Sequence record: MT416612.2
Strand: one strand, 5' to 3'
From: Bacillus phage YungSlug
DNA length: 32,000 nucleotides
Made by a program: the position numbers and the translations under genes. The notes beneath the pieces were generated by a model that was not told the DNA's origin, searched no databases, and was given only the letters and a program-made list of their open reading frames with translations. Positions 31,939-32,000 of this stretch are shown one piece after another (position 1 is the stretch's first letter; every line of letters starts with the position of its first letter).

Positions 31939-32000
31939 GAAGAACGGAGCATTAGAGGACTTAATTACTGAACACTTTCAGAATAACGCAATCAAGTCTG
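31939..32000 (+). CDS. partial CDS running off the window
   Basis: ATG (MKNGALEDLITEHFQNNAIKS...) after AGGAGGG; open to the window end; start coordinate approximate. Confidence 0.5.

Noticed and set aside
1-32000. tRNA genes, CRISPR arrays, integrase or transposase
   Set aside because: No cloverleaf, repeat-spacer pattern or recombinase/transposase motifs noticed by eye; a tRNAscan-SE and CRISPR search would be needed to exclude them fully.

Overview
Window from the replication/nucleotide-metabolism region of a large virulent-type phage of a Gram-positive (Firmicutes) host: low GC, strong AGGAGG-type ribosome sites, essentially all genes on the + strand. Recognisable genes: DnaB-like helicase, free-standing GIY-YIG homing endonuclease, SbcD/SbcC (gp47/gp46-like) pair, TOPRIM primase, dUTPase, PDDEXK-like nuclease, NrdI/NrdE/NrdF plus a thioredoxin-like protein, a sigma-factor-like protein, two ThyA-family proteins, HAD hydrolase, DUF1599/Nmad1-like protein, HU-like protein, UDG-like/DNA polymerase I fusion, gp32-like SSB, RecA and a 5'-3' exonuclease. 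The most interesting segment is about 15.8-24.2 kb. It looks like a thymidine/hydroxymethyluracil hypermodification locus: a ThyA-like domain fused to a radical-SAM (SPL-like) barrel that seems to lack the CxxxCxxC cluster, a P-loop kinase resembling 5-hmdU DNA kinases, a protein of the 'DNA base hypermodification' helical/HhH family, a second ThyA homolog and an Nmad1-like protein. Two adjacent Tad2-like (DUF2829) genes are embedded in it. Other points: nrdI has no standard start codon in the only possible start region; a TTTTATTAG-type motif recurs before several operons; and a 20-bp leader sequence is duplicated exactly. All family calls come from motif recognition by eye; no searches were run.
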